DNA of 64,000 nucleotides from Acidobacteriota bacterium (GTDB lineage Bacteria; Acidobacteriota; Thermoanaerobaculia; Multivoradales; JBCCEF01): NCBI GenBank assembly GCA_039030395.1, contig JBCCEF010000003.1, positions 320,830 to 384,829 of the forward strand, read 5' to 3'. Shown piece by piece: positions 29,861 to 39,796 of this stretch (position 1 is its first letter; each line of letters starts with the position of its first letter). The notes under the pieces were generated by a model. It saw only the letters and a program-made list of their open reading frames with translations, ran no database searches and was not told where the DNA came from. The position numbers and the translations under genes were made by a program.

Positions 29861-30331
29861 GCGCCAGCCCCGAAGAATTTCGGACTCCTGCAAGACCAGT
29901 CGATCGCCCTCGAGCCGATGGGCCAATGGTACCGGTTTGCAGCCGCCGCCGCCATCGTTGACCTCGGCCAGGCGAAAGGCCTTGTCGCAGACTCGGCAGA
30001 CCATCCATTCGCCGTCGTGGCGGTAGCCGCGCTTGCGCTTGAAGCAGATCTCGTTGGCGTCGAAGGCGGCCTGCACGGTGCCCTCGGAGTCGCGGCCGAC
30101 GAAGAACTTGACCTCTTGGTTGCCGTAGTTCAGGAATCGGAAGAAGCGCACCGCGCCGGGGTCGAGGCCCGCGAGATCGATTTCCACCACGCCCTGGCGG
30201 TCCGGACTGACGCGCTCGAAGTCCGAGCCGCCGGGCAACACCTGGTAGATCGCCACCCCCATCATCACCAGGCCGATGAGAACGGCGCCGTGCCACGGGC
30301 GGAAGCGCGAGGGAGACTCGGCAGAGGACAT
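29849..30331 (-). CDS. DUF2318-like membrane-anchored CxxC protein
   Basis: 160 aa. An N-terminal TM segment is followed by Cys motifs (CRVCDKAF, GGGGCKP, ICFKRK). The DUF2318 assignment is from memory of the family pattern and is tentative. Confidence 0.4.
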   Translation of the reverse strand: MSSAESPSRFRPWHGAVLIGLVMMGVAIYQVLPGGSDFERVSPDRQGVVEIDLAGLDPGAVRFFRFLNYGNQEVKFFVGRDSEGTVQAAFDANEICFKRKRGYRHDGEWMVCRVCDKAFRLAEVNDGGGGCKPVPLAHRLEGDRLVLQESEILRGWRYFR

Positions 30332-30343
30332 AGGGGGGCTAGA

Positions 30344-30505
30344 AGAGGGTGTAGATGAACGGCGCGCTCGCCTGACTGGTCACCACCAGGAAGACCACCA
30401 GGGCCAAAACGAGGAAAAACGGCACCATCCAGTAGGCCTTGTGCTCGCGGGCAAAGGCCACCACCTCTTTGAACAGGGAACCGATGTAATTCAGCTTGCG
30501 CATGG
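30344..30505 (-). CDS. DUF5989-family small membrane protein (SxtK-like)
   Basis: 53 aa. It is absent from the ORF track because it is below the length cut-off. MRKLNYIGSLFKEVVAFAREHKAYWMVPFFLVLALVVFLVVTSQASAPFIYTLF shows the conserved ending ...APFIYTLF and a single TM helix, typical of DUF5989 proteins found next to carbamoyltransferases. Confidence 0.6.
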
Positions 30506-30547
30506 AGCTGTCACCTTCTCCGAAATTCTACCCCAGGCGGAAGTCGC

Positions 30548-32398
30548 CTAATCGAGAGGATACTCGTCCTGCCAGTCCTCGCGCGCCTCGACCGCCGCCT
30601 GGTCCTTTTTGTCGAGTAGGAAGGAGCCGAGCACCAGGTAGTCCATCTCGGTACGCATAAAGCAGCGATAGGCGTCCTCCGGGGTGCAGACGATCGGCTC
30701 CCCGCGCACGTTGAAGCTGGTGTTGACGATCACGCCGCAGCCGGTGAGGGCCTCGAACTCGCGGATGATGGCGTGGTACTCGGGGTTCGTGTCGGCGGAA
30801 ACGCTTTGTACCCGTGCCGAGTAGTCCACATGGGTGATGGCGGGGATCTCCGAACGCGGCCGATTGACCCATTCGCGGATGTCGAGGTCTTGCTCGTCGC
30901 CGCGCGGGGCGGTGCGCAGATTCTCCTCGACCCCGGCCACCAGCAACATGTAGGGAGAGGCGCGGTCGAGGTCGAAGTACTGGCTGACCCGCTCTTCGAG
31001 CACCGTTGGGGCGAAGGGCCGGAAGCTCTCCCGGTACTTGATCTTCAGGTTCATCACCGACTGCATGCTCTGGGAACGCGGATCGCCGATGATCGAGCGG
31101 TTGCCGAGCGCCCGGGGCCCGAACTCCATTCGCCCCTGGCACAGGCCGACGACGTTTTCCTCGGCGATGATTTGGGCGATGCGCCGGGGGCGCTCGTCCG
31201 CCGACAGCTCCTGGTAGGCGTAGCCGTGATGATCCAGGAACTCGCGGATTTCGTCGTCCGCAAAGCTCGGCCCGAGCTGCGCGCCGCGCATCGAGTCCTT
31301 GCCGGGCAGCGTCGTCCGGGGGTTGCCGAGGGCGTTGTGCCACACCGCCAGGGCGGCCCCCAGGGCGCCGCCGGCGTCGCCCGAGGCCGGCTGGATCCAC
31401 ACCTCGTCGAAGATCCCTTCGCGCAGCAAGATGCCGTTGGCGACGCAATTCAGGGCCACGCCGCCGGCCATGCACAGGTTCCGCTGGCCGGTGGCCTCCC
31501 GGGCGTGCCGGGCGAGGCGGAGTACCGCCTCCTCGGTGACCTCCTGGATCGACTTCGCCAGGTCCATCTCGCGCTTGGTGATCGGCGTTTCCGGTTCCCG
31601 CGGCGGCCCGCCAAAGAGCTCAGCGAACTTGGCATTGGTCATCCTGAGGCCGCTCAGGTAGCCGAAGTACTCCATGTTGAGGCGGAAGGAGCCGTCGTCG
31701 CGCAGGTCGATCAGGTGTTCCTTGATCAGATCCGCGTAGCGGCCCTCGCCGTAGGGCGCCAAGCCCATCAGCTTGTACTCGCCGGAGTTCACCCGGAAGC
31801 CGGTGAAATAGGTGAAGGCCGAGTAGAGCAGTCCGAGGGAGTGGGGAAAACGAATCTCCTCCAGCAGTCGCAGCCGCGAACCCTCGCCGAGGCCGACGGT
31901 GGTGGTGGCCCATTCGCCCACGCCGTCCAGGGTCAAGACCGCTGCCTCGTCGAAGGGCGAGGGGTAGAAGGCGCTGGCGGCGTGCGACTCGTGATGCTGG
32001 GTGAACAGAACCTCGCCCGGCTTCTCGATGCCGCACTGGGCGAGGGAGTCGTGAATGCGCGGCGGAATCCACAGTTTCTCCCGCAACCACACGGGGACCG
32101 CCTGAGAGAAGGATTTGAGGCCCCGCGGGGCGACGCTCAAATACGTCTCCAGGATGCGGTTGAAGGTCAGCAGGGGCTTGTCGTAGAAGACCACGTAGTC
32201 GAGGGACTCGCCCTCGCCCACTCCTCCCTCGGCCAGGCAATAGCGCACCGCCTGCAAGGGGAAGTCGGGGTCGTGCTTGCGGCGGGTGAAGCGCTCCTCC
32301 TGAGCGGCCGCGACGATCTCGCCATCGACCAGCAGGCAGGCCGCCGCATCGTGGTAATAGCAACTGATCCCGAGAAGTCTCACTGGTTGGGCACTCAC
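30548..32398 (-). CDS. Carbamoyltransferase (NodU/CmcH/SxtI family, YrdC/Kae1-like fold)
   Basis: A GTG start is proposed at VSAQPVRLLGISCYYHDAAACLLVDGEIVAAAQEERFTRRKHD (the track ORF starts 46 codons earlier). The family signature is LGISC(F/Y)YHDSAA...QEERF(T/S)R(K/R)KHD. A C-terminal carbamoyltransferase domain is present. Confidence 0.85.
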   Translation of the reverse strand: MSAQPVRLLGISCYYHDAAACLLVDGEIVAAAQEERFTRRKHDPDFPLQAVRYCLAEGGVGEGESLDYVVFYDKPLLTFNRILETYLSVAPRGLKSFSQAVPVWLREKLWIPPRIHDSLAQCGIEKPGEVLFTQHHESHAASAFYPSPFDEAAVLTLDGVGEWATTTVGLGEGSRLRLLEEIRFPHSLGLLYSAFTYFTGFRVNSGEYKLMGLAPYGEGRYADLIKEHLIDLRDDGSFRLNMEYFGYLSGLRMTNAKFAELFGGPPREPETPITKREMDLAKSIQEVTEEAVLRLARHAREATGQRNLCMAGGVALNCVANGILLREGIFDEVWIQPASGDAGGALGAALAVWHNALGNPRTTLPGKDSMRGAQLGPSFADDEIREFLDHHGYAYQELSADERPRRIAQIIAEENVVGLCQGRMEFGPRALGNRSIIGDPRSQSMQSVMNLKIKYRESFRPFAPTVLEERVSQYFDLDRASPYMLLVAGVEENLRTAPRGDEQDLDIREWVNRPRSEIPAITHVDYSARVQSVSADTNPEYHAIIREFEALTGCGVIVNTSFNVRGEPIVCTPEDAYRCFMRTEMDYLVLGSFLLDKKDQAAVEAREDWQDEYPLD

Positions 32399-32453
32399 GG
32401 GGTTCTCTCCGGGATCCGGCGCGGCTCGGTCGTCGTAGTAGGGACGGGCGCCA

Positions 32454-32927
32454 TCAAAACTGGCGCCGGTAGGGCGCGAGGGAGGCCTCGATCTCGGGTG
32501 ACTTTTCCCAATAGGACGTCCGCTCGGCTTCGGCACCGAAGGTCAGCCGCAGCCGCCCGAAGGCGCGCAGCAGCCAGCCCGCTGGCGTCACGAACAGGAA
32601 GTACAGCCCGGTCATCAACACCCAAGTGACCAGCCGAGCAACCCACAGGGCAAACACCGCCAGGCCCTGGGTGAGGGCGCGGTAGGCGGTGAGCGGAGCG
32701 ACGAGGGCGAGCAGCAGAATGAACGCCGTCAGGCCGCCGGCGACCATGCCGAGGGTCGGCTTCCAAAGGTAGAGCAGGGCCGCAATGGTGAAGCCGATGA
32801 GGGCTCGAATCAGGCCCTCGCGACGGGCCCTCGAGGCCGCCTGGCGAGAGTCCGCGGCGGTTTGTTCGCTATGCCGCCAATTCCACGCCACGGTGGAGAC
32901 GGCAGAGGACGATTTGTGTTCCGACAT
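32454..32927 (-). CDS. SxtJ-like membrane protein
   Basis: 157 aa. The N-terminal MSEH... is followed by 3 predicted TM helices. The gene is placed immediately upstream of the carbamoyltransferase, as SxtJ-family genes typically are. The family call is tentative. Confidence 0.45.
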   Translation of the reverse strand: MSEHKSSSAVSTVAWNWRHSEQTAADSRQAASRARREGLIRALIGFTIAALLYLWKPTLGMVAGGLTAFILLLALVAPLTAYRALTQGLAVFALWVARLVTWVLMTGLYFLFVTPAGWLLRAFGRLRLTFGAEAERTSYWEKSPEIEASLAPYRRQF

Positions 32928-33152
32928 GGAGGACGCGGGTTCTCGGTTGGTAATTCAGGTCGTGGCGCCCATTTGGGGACGGATGGACGGCCGGAGCCGT
33001 ATGTTACTCGATAAATCGTGTGGACCACCCCGAAAAGTGCCGTGGAACCTCCGGAATTGCACAAAAATGGTTGCAAATCATGAGAAAATCCCATACGGTG
33101 GAAATCCAGCCAGGAATGTCGTTTTCAGTCAGCTACAGGAGGTTGTACCCCC

Positions 33153-34487
33153 ATGCCGAATAGGACTCTAAGACTTTGTGTTGTTCTCGCCTTCGGAACG
33201 CTCGCTCTGTGCACCACGGGAGTGGCGTGGGCGGAAGGCGTTTACGTGCCCGTCGCGACCAGCGTCGTGGACGACGGCGAGTTCAATCAGACCCGCCTGC
33301 TGGTGACCAACGAAGGCACCGAGGCGCGCCGTTTCCGCGCCCGCTTCATCCCTACCAACACCGACGGCGTGCCGCCGGAGGGCGACCCGATCGGGGACCT
33401 GATCTCCGTGCAGCCGGGGTCGACTTTGGTGATGGCGAGCGTCGCGCCGGAGGGCCAGGCCGGCATTCTCGAACTGGACGGCGCGCCGCAGCTCAGTTTC
33501 GCGGCCGAACTGGTGCGCCGCTCGGCATCCGGTGGCATCAGAACCGTCACCCCGATTCCGGTGGTGGGGCTCGATCAGGTGGCGAACGCCGAGGAAGCCC
33601 AGGAGATTCTCGGCCTCGGTCGCAGCCTGGATGGTGAAACGACCGACGTGGGGGTGGTGACCTTCGGCGCCGAGCCGGCGCAGTGCGACATCTCCCTCTT
33701 CCGCGCCGACTCGGGCCAGGTCGCCCAAACCGCCGTCATCACGGTGCCGGCTTCGGGCCACCGCCAGTTCGATGCCGCCTTCAACATCCTCGGTGTGGAG
33801 GAAATTGCGCTGGCGCGGATGAACGTCAAGTGCAGCCAGCCGTTCTACGCCTACGCTTTGAACCACAAGGTCGAGCCCGAAGACACGGTCTTCCTGTCAC
33901 CGGCCACCAATGCTTCGCGGCGGGTCGGTCCGGGCGCCCCGGGTTCTGTCGGCATTCTGCGTTTGAACGGCGAGTTCTTCCGCAGCACCCTCGACGAGCC
34001 GGTGTTCCGGGTACCGCTGGACAACATCCAGCCGGGAGTCCAGTACTCGCTGATCACCTTCGAGTTCGACATGCGGGTGGAGCGCTACCGCGGGCCGCTG
34101 TTCAACGCGGTATTCAACTTCGTGCGCAACGGCGGGCCGCTCTACGGCGCTTTGTTCATTCGCGGCGACCGCAACAAAACCATTCTCGATCTCGGCAATG
34201 AGCGCGAGGTGCAGGGGCCGACCAACTGGTCCGAGCGCACCAACTACCACGTCGAGTTCACCTATGACGTGGCGGCGGGCCGGGCGACGCTGCTGGTCTT
34301 CCGCGGTGGCGAGGGCGGCGAGTTGATCCAGCAGGTCACCGGGGGCATCACCAACTCGAACGTGTCGCACAATGGCCAGGGCATCAACCTGATCTTCGGC
34401 CTGTCGCGGATCTTCGACGGTGCCTTCTACCCGCCCCTGAACTGGCGCTACTCCAATCTGGAAGTCCAGGCTTTCCCGCTGGAGTAG
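33153..34487 (+). CDS. Secreted hypothetical protein
   Basis: 444 aa. The Sec signal is MPNRTLRLCVVLAFGTLALCTTGVAWA. I recognise no motifs. It is preceded by a lower-GC promoter region (32930-33150). Confidence 0.55.
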   Translation: MPNRTLRLCVVLAFGTLALCTTGVAWAEGVYVPVATSVVDDGEFNQTRLLVTNEGTEARRFRARFIPTNTDGVPPEGDPIGDLISVQPGSTLVMASVAPEGQAGILELDGAPQLSFAAELVRRSASGGIRTVTPIPVVGLDQVANAEEAQEILGLGRSLDGETTDVGVVTFGAEPAQCDISLFRADSGQVAQTAVITVPASGHRQFDAAFNILGVEEIALARMNVKCSQPFYAYALNHKVEPEDTVFLSPATNASRRVGPGAPGSVGILRLNGEFFRSTLDEPVFRVPLDNIQPGVQYSLITFEFDMRVERYRGPLFNAVFNFVRNGGPLYGALFIRGDRNKTILDLGNEREVQGPTNWSERTNYHVEFTYDVAAGRATLLVFRGGEGGELIQQVTGGITNSNVSHNGQGINLIFGLSRIFDGAFYPPLNWRYSNLEVQAFPLE

Positions 34488-34519
34488 GACCCGGCGCAAA
34501 ACCTCTGTAGCCTGACGGG

Positions 34520-34695
34520 CCGGTTCCTTCGGGAACCGGCTTTTGTTCGTTTTGGCCTAGCAGGGTGCTGATAGATCCGATTAGAGCTTCAGCATCCTGC
34601 GACCGAGCCCGCAGGGTGAGGCGGCGGCTAGGCGCCCCCGCCAGCGCTGCAGGGGTAGGCCGAAGGCCTTTCTCAGCGACCTGCTAGGTGCGGAT
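34520..34695. repeat. Intergenic structured repeat element, copy F
   Basis: ctagcagggtgctgatagatccgattagagcttcagcatcctgcgac ... ctaggcgcccccgccagcg ... tttctcagcgacctgctagg. Confidence 0.6.
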
Positions 34696-35370
34696 CACCA
34701 GCGAGAAGCGGAAGGGAAACCGCCGACGGATCTGCGGATCCGGCCAATCCCTGACCAGGCGGCGGAGGTCGTCCAGACGCCAGCTCCGGCGCACCGAAAC
34801 GATGCCGTCGTGGCGGGTAATGCGGCAAACCCCGAGGGCCGGAAGTAGGAGGCGCACGAGCAGGCCGGCGAGCGGATTCCGGCGGAGATCGACCACCGCG
34901 AGGCCACGCCGTGAGACGCGCCGCATTTCTTTGAGGATTGCGCGATTGGCCGAGCCGTCGAAGTGGTGAAAGAACAAGGTGGAGATCGCCCAGTCGCAGG
35001 TTCCTTCGCGAAACGGCAAGGCGGCGGCGTCCGCCACCACCGGCAGGTGACCGAAACCCGCCCGGCGACCGGCGGCCAGATGGGCGATCTGCCGGTCAAC
35101 CGCCACCAGCGAGAGATCCACCCCGCGCCGGGCGAGGGGCCGGCGCAGTCGTTCGACCATCTCGCCGGTTCCGGTGCCGAGATCGATCGCCACCACCGGA
35201 CCGGCCACCTCCGCGAGTAGCGGCACCAGCGTGCGGAGGATCGAGGTCGAACCGAAGAGCCACCGGTTCACCCGGCTCAGGCCCGCCAGGGCGCGCTCGC
35301 GCACCTGGGGATCGAGGTCCGTCCGGTCGAGCAGCTCCGGTTCAGCGAAATGGGGGTCGGCGGTCGCCAT
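34684..35370 (-). CDS. Class I SAM-dependent methyltransferase
   Basis: 228 aa. SAM motif I is VVAIDLGTGTGEM. A post-I acidic residue and motif II are present (LVAVDRQ...AAALPFREGTCDWAIS). Confidence 0.75.
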   Translation of the reverse strand: MATADPHFAEPELLDRTDLDPQVRERALAGLSRVNRWLFGSTSILRTLVPLLAEVAGPVVAIDLGTGTGEMVERLRRPLARRGVDLSLVAVDRQIAHLAAGRRAGFGHLPVVADAAALPFREGTCDWAISTLFFHHFDGSANRAILKEMRRVSRRGLAVVDLRRNPLAGLLVRLLLPALGVCRITRHDGIVSVRRSWRLDDLRRLVRDWPDPQIRRRFPFRFSLVIRT

Positions 35371-35419
35371 CGCGCTGAGTGTACGGCATCGCTGCTAGCA
35401 TCTGTGGGTCGATTCCGCC

Positions 35420-37201
35420 ATGCCGATTTCCCCCAGGCTTCGCGCCTTTCTCGTGACCGGTTTGCCGCCGCTGGCGGGTGGCGCCCTGGTGCTCCTCAGT
35501 CTTCCTTGGGGCGTTGCGCCGGCCACCCGCATCGTGCCCGGAGTGGCGAATCCTTCTACCCTTGTCGGATTGTGGATCGTCCTGACCGTGGTCGCCGCCG
35601 TCGCCGCCATCCATCGGCCCCTCGGCGGACGCACCCTGGCGGCGGGAGCCATCGTGGTGCCCGCGGCGCTCGCACTCTTCGGTCCGCCCTTTGCGGCCCT
35701 GCTGGCGGGGCTGGCGGTCGGGGTGGGTGGACTGGCCTCGGACGCCCGTCCCCCATGGAGCCGATGGCTGCTGCGCCACGCCCGCGCCGCCATGCGCTAC
35801 GCCGTAGCGGTGCTCGCGGCGGGCTTCCTCGCCGGTTTCCATCGTCCGCAGGTAGCTGCCAGTTTCGCCGCTTCGGTCAGGCCCCTGCTCGCTGCGCTGG
35901 TCGGCTACTTGTTGCTGCAACTCGCCTTTACCGCGGCAGACCGCTTGCTGCAGGCGGTCGATCCGCGACCGATGTGGCGGCGGAGTCTCGCCTGGCGGGA
36001 TCTCCCGCCGCTGGCCATCGAAGCGGTGGCCTGGCTCGCCGGTTGCGCGGCGGTAGTGGCCGGTCGGCGGGCCGGTTGGTGGCCGGTGGCCATCCTGCTC
36101 GCCGCGATCGCCGCCGTCTCCTTTGAGGCCGCCCGCAACCGCTGGCGTCTACGGTCCGCCAGCCGTCGCCTCGAAGGTTTCGACCGGGTCCGCCAAGCGT
36201 CCGAACGAATGATCGGTCCGGGGATCGAGCTGGCGGCGGTGATCGACCGCATTCGGAGCGAGTGCGTCGACGTGGTCGACTGTAGCTACTTCGCTCTCGC
36301 CCTCCACTCGGCCGAGGACGGTGCTGCACGGGAGGGCGCCGAGACTGCGCAAGGCTCGGCGCGCCGTTGGTGGGCCGGCCCGGACGGAGCGCTGCGCGAA
36401 GGGATCGTCCAGTTGACGTCTCATCCCCCTCCGATTCCCGGTGTACACCGGCGATCCGAATGGCAAATTCTCACCCGCTCCCTGGGCGAGCGCGAAGGGG
36501 TGTCGGCGCGGTTGCGGTTGTGGTGTGATCCCCGCCGTCTGGTGGACGATCAGCTCACCCTGTTCGATGCGCTGCTGCCGCAGATGTCCGCCTCGCTGCA
36601 CCAAGCGCTACTCGATCGTGAAGCGCGCGAAGATCCCCTGACCGGTGCCGCCGTTCGGCGGGTGCTCGAACGGCGCCTGGCGGAGGCCTACGTTCGGGCG
36701 GTCGAGGGCGGCGGCGCCTTCGGCGTCATCCTGTGCGACCTCGACCATTTCAAGGCGATCAACGACACCCACGGCCACGGCGCCGGCGACCAGGCCTTGA
36801 TCGCCGTCGCCCAGACCCTCGCCACCCACAAGCGAGACCGCGACCTCTTCGCCCGCTACGGCGGTGAAGAGTTTGCCCTGCTGCTCGAGGACATCGATGG
36901 GCCCACCGCCCTCACCATTGCCGACCGCCTGCGCCAGCGGGTCGCCGAGATCGATCTCGAAGTCGAAGGCCGGGCCATTCCGCTGCGCATGAGCGCCGGC
37001 ATCGCCGTCTTCCCGGAAGTCCACATCAAGACCGCCAGCGAACTGTTTCTGCTGGCCGACGAGGCCCTCTACCAGGCCAAAGACCACGGTCGAAATACCT
37101 GTCTGCTCCAGCTCGGCGGCGGCCGCTACCGGCACCCGGACGGGCGGGTTCTGGGAGGCGAGGCGGTTCGAGAAGCTCGCGCCCCACAGTTGTTCGCTTG
37201 A
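35420..37201 (+). CDS. Membrane-anchored diguanylate cyclase (GGDEF domain)
   Basis: 593 aa. The N-terminal polytopic region is followed by a GGDEF domain with RYGGEEFALLL (GGEEF active site) and DLDHFKAINDTHGHGAGD. Confidence 0.85.
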   Translation: MPISPRLRAFLVTGLPPLAGGALVLLSLPWGVAPATRIVPGVANPSTLVGLWIVLTVVAAVAAIHRPLGGRTLAAGAIVVPAALALFGPPFAALLAGLAVGVGGLASDARPPWSRWLLRHARAAMRYAVAVLAAGFLAGFHRPQVAASFAASVRPLLAALVGYLLLQLAFTAADRLLQAVDPRPMWRRSLAWRDLPPLAIEAVAWLAGCAAVVAGRRAGWWPVAILLAAIAAVSFEAARNRWRLRSASRRLEGFDRVRQASERMIGPGIELAAVIDRIRSECVDVVDCSYFALALHSAEDGAAREGAETAQGSARRWWAGPDGALREGIVQLTSHPPPIPGVHRRSEWQILTRSLGEREGVSARLRLWCDPRRLVDDQLTLFDALLPQMSASLHQALLDREAREDPLTGAAVRRVLERRLAEAYVRAVEGGGAFGVILCDLDHFKAINDTHGHGAGDQALIAVAQTLATHKRDRDLFARYGGEEFALLLEDIDGPTALTIADRLRQRVAEIDLEVEGRAIPLRMSAGIAVFPEVHIKTASELFLLADEALYQAKDHGRNTCLLQLGGGRYRHPDGRVLGGEAVREARAPQLFA

Positions 37202-37372
37202 GACCTTGGTTCCTGGCTGACAGAAATGAGAGCCACGAAGAACCGCAGTAAACTATGTAGGACAATTGAAATTGAACAATCTCTTGGCGAATGTGATGCC
37301 GTCGGCGAGGACGCCGGGTGCTCGCTGTACTTTGGGAGACAACGGCTGGAACTATTGACTTTGGAGGCTGCA

Positions 37373-39796
37373 ATGAAACGATTCGCTGCACTGTTTTTGA
37401 CCATCTTCTCCATCCTGTTCTTCGCTGCTCTCGCTGCGCCGGCTCTGGCTCAGGAGGCGGAAGAAGAGGAAGCGTCGGTCAGTGAGGAGATCGTGTCGGA
37501 AGAGATCACCGTCACCGCTCGGAAAAAAGAAGAGACCCTGCAGGAAGTACCCTTCTCGGTCGTCGCGACCACCGAAGAAGTGCTGCGGGATCGGGGCGCG
37601 GAGTCGATCGAGGACGTTTCCGCGAACGTCGCCGGATTCACCGTTCAGAACCTGGGACCCGGCCAGAGCCAGGTCGCCATCCGCGGCGTCTCCGCCGGCC
37701 AGATCGTGCGCGACCAGCCGGGTGTGAAGGAGCAAGTGGGCGTCTACCTGGACGAGTCGGTCATTTCCCTCTCCCTCTTCACTCCCGACATCGATCTCTT
37801 CGACATGAACCGAGTCGAGGTCCTGCGCGGTCCTCAGGGCACCCTTTTCGGTTCGGGTTCGCTGTCCGGTACGGTGCGCTACATCAGCAACCAGCCGGAG
37901 ATCGGAGTGCAGGACGGCGTCGCCGAACTTTCGATCCACTCCATCACCGACGGTGACATCGGTGGCAGCGCCAAGGTCGCCTTCAACCAGCCCTTGGGGG
38001 AGACGGCGGCCATGCGGATCGCCGCCTACTACACCAGCCTCGGGGGCTACATCGATGCGGTGCAGCCCGGTCTGCGGCTGGACGAAGACGTCAACGGTGG
38101 GGATCGCACCGGGGTCCGCTGGTCCTTCCTGATTCGACCGAACGAGCGCTTGAAAATCACGCCGCGTCTCCTCTACCAGGAAGTCGACATGGACGGCTGG
38201 AATCGTGCCGATGCCTACAACATCCTCGGCAACCCATTCACCACCACCCGGCCAGCCGTCGACTTCGGGGAGCGTGAGCAGTTCACTCAGATCGGGGAGC
38301 CCTTCACGGATGAGTTCCTGCTGGCCGATCTCAACATCGAGTACGACTTCGGCGACCTGAGCCTGACGTCAATCACCTCTTTCACCGATCGCGACGTACT
38401 GGTGGTGCGGGATGCGACGGCCTTGACCGCCAGCATCACCGGCGGCACCATCGGCCTCGCGGAGCCGGTCTACTCCATCGATGCGCCCCTCGACGACGCG
38501 ACGACGGCCCAAACCATCACCCAGGAATTCCGCCTGGCCGGTCAGCGAGATCGGTTGGATTGGGTGACCGGTGTTTTCTACAGCACCACCGAGCGCGACT
38601 ACGACCAGCGCCTCCTGGTGGACGGATTCGAAACCGCATCGGGTATCTCGACGGTTGGCCTGCGGGCGCCTCGTGACGTGTTGTTCTTTTCGGATCTCGA
38701 CTACGAGTTCGATCAAGTCGCCCTGTTCGGAGAGGCGACCTACGCCGTGACCGACCGTCTCCATCTCACCGGAGGTCTGCGTTTCTACGACTTCAGCGAA
38801 GACCGTACCCAGGTGTTCGACGGCATCTTCGGCAACAACGACAACGGGACCGCCCTGGTTTCGACCACCGGCTCGACCTCGGCGGACGGATTCGCTCCGC
38901 GGGTGATCGCCAGCTTCGACGTCACGGAAAACACCCAGTTGAACGCCCAGGTGTCCAAGGGCTTCCGCCTGGGCGGGATCAACGATCCCCTGAACGTGCC
39001 GCTCTGCACCCCCGAGGATCTCGACACCTTCGGCGGGCGCGAAACCTGGGAAGACGAAGAACTCTGGAACTATGAAGTGGGCGCCAAGTCCACCCTCCAC
39101 GGCGGGCGCACCACCGTCAACGTGGCCGCCTTTACGGCGGACATCAGCGATCTGCAGGCGACCGTCACGGCGGGATCGTGCTCCTCCCGGGTGGTCTTCA
39201 ATGTACCGGACGCCAAGAGCACCGGTCTCGAATTCGAAGTGGCTTCGCAGGTCACCAACTTCTTCGATTTCGCCATCTCCGCCAGCTACAACGACTCGGA
39301 GTTGGGGTCGACCCTGACCTCCACCGACGCCGCCGGCAACGTCAGCGTGGTGGCGGGCATCGAGGACGGAGCGCGCTTGCCGACGGTGCCTCGTTTCCAG
39401 GCCGCTGTGGCGGCCACTCGGCGTTGGGAAATGAGCCGTGGGTGGGCCGGCTACCTCACCGGCAGCTACCAGCACGTCGGCTCGAGGTTCACCCAAATCG
39501 GTGACCAGGCGGCGGGCTTCGGAACCGTCAACCTGTTGGCCTTCGATCCCAACAACATCGGCGGTCCGCTGACCCAAAGCGCCTTCAACTTCGATCCGGA
39601 ACTCCCGGCCTACGACCTCCTCAACCTCCGTCTCGGTTTCCTCAACGAAACCTGGGATTTCGCCGTCTTCGTCAAGAACATCACCGACGAAGTGGCTCTC
39701 CTGGCCCTCGATCAAGAGCGTGGAACTCTGGCGCGAGTCGGCTACCTGACCAACCAGCCGAGAACCTTCGGCGCGACGGCCCGGGTCCGGTTCTAG
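37373..39796 (+). CDS. TonB-dependent outer-membrane receptor
   Basis: The track ORF is trimmed to MKRFAALFLTIFSILFFAALAAPALAQEA (signal). Plug-domain motifs are present (TVTARKKEETLQEVPFSV, RVEVLRGPQGTLFGSGSLSGTVRY). The C-terminus ...ARVRF is an aromatic terminal residue typical of beta-barrels. Confidence 0.85.
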   Translation: MKRFAALFLTIFSILFFAALAAPALAQEAEEEEASVSEEIVSEEITVTARKKEETLQEVPFSVVATTEEVLRDRGAESIEDVSANVAGFTVQNLGPGQSQVAIRGVSAGQIVRDQPGVKEQVGVYLDESVISLSLFTPDIDLFDMNRVEVLRGPQGTLFGSGSLSGTVRYISNQPEIGVQDGVAELSIHSITDGDIGGSAKVAFNQPLGETAAMRIAAYYTSLGGYIDAVQPGLRLDEDVNGGDRTGVRWSFLIRPNERLKITPRLLYQEVDMDGWNRADAYNILGNPFTTTRPAVDFGEREQFTQIGEPFTDEFLLADLNIEYDFGDLSLTSITSFTDRDVLVVRDATALTASITGGTIGLAEPVYSIDAPLDDATTAQTITQEFRLAGQRDRLDWVTGVFYSTTERDYDQRLLVDGFETASGISTVGLRAPRDVLFFSDLDYEFDQVALFGEATYAVTDRLHLTGGLRFYDFSEDRTQVFDGIFGNNDNGTALVSTTGSTSADGFAPRVIASFDVTENTQLNAQVSKGFRLGGINDPLNVPLCTPEDLDTFGGRETWEDEELWNYEVGAKSTLHGGRTTVNVAAFTADISDLQATVTAGSCSSRVVFNVPDAKSTGLEFEVASQVTNFFDFAISASYNDSELGSTLTSTDAAGNVSVVAGIEDGARLPTVPRFQAAVAATRRWEMSRGWAGYLTGSYQHVGSRFTQIGDQAAGFGTVNLLAFDPNNIGGPLTQSAFNFDPELPAYDLLNLRLGFLNETWDFAVFVKNITDEVALLALDQERGTLARVGYLTNQPRTFGATARVRF

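Noticed and set aside
33040-33062. Sigma-54-like promoter candidate TGGAAC-N9-TTGCA upstream of 33153..34487
   Set aside because: The GG/GC spacing is 3 nt too long relative to the TGGCAC-N5-TTGCW consensus, so I do not call it an RpoN promoter.
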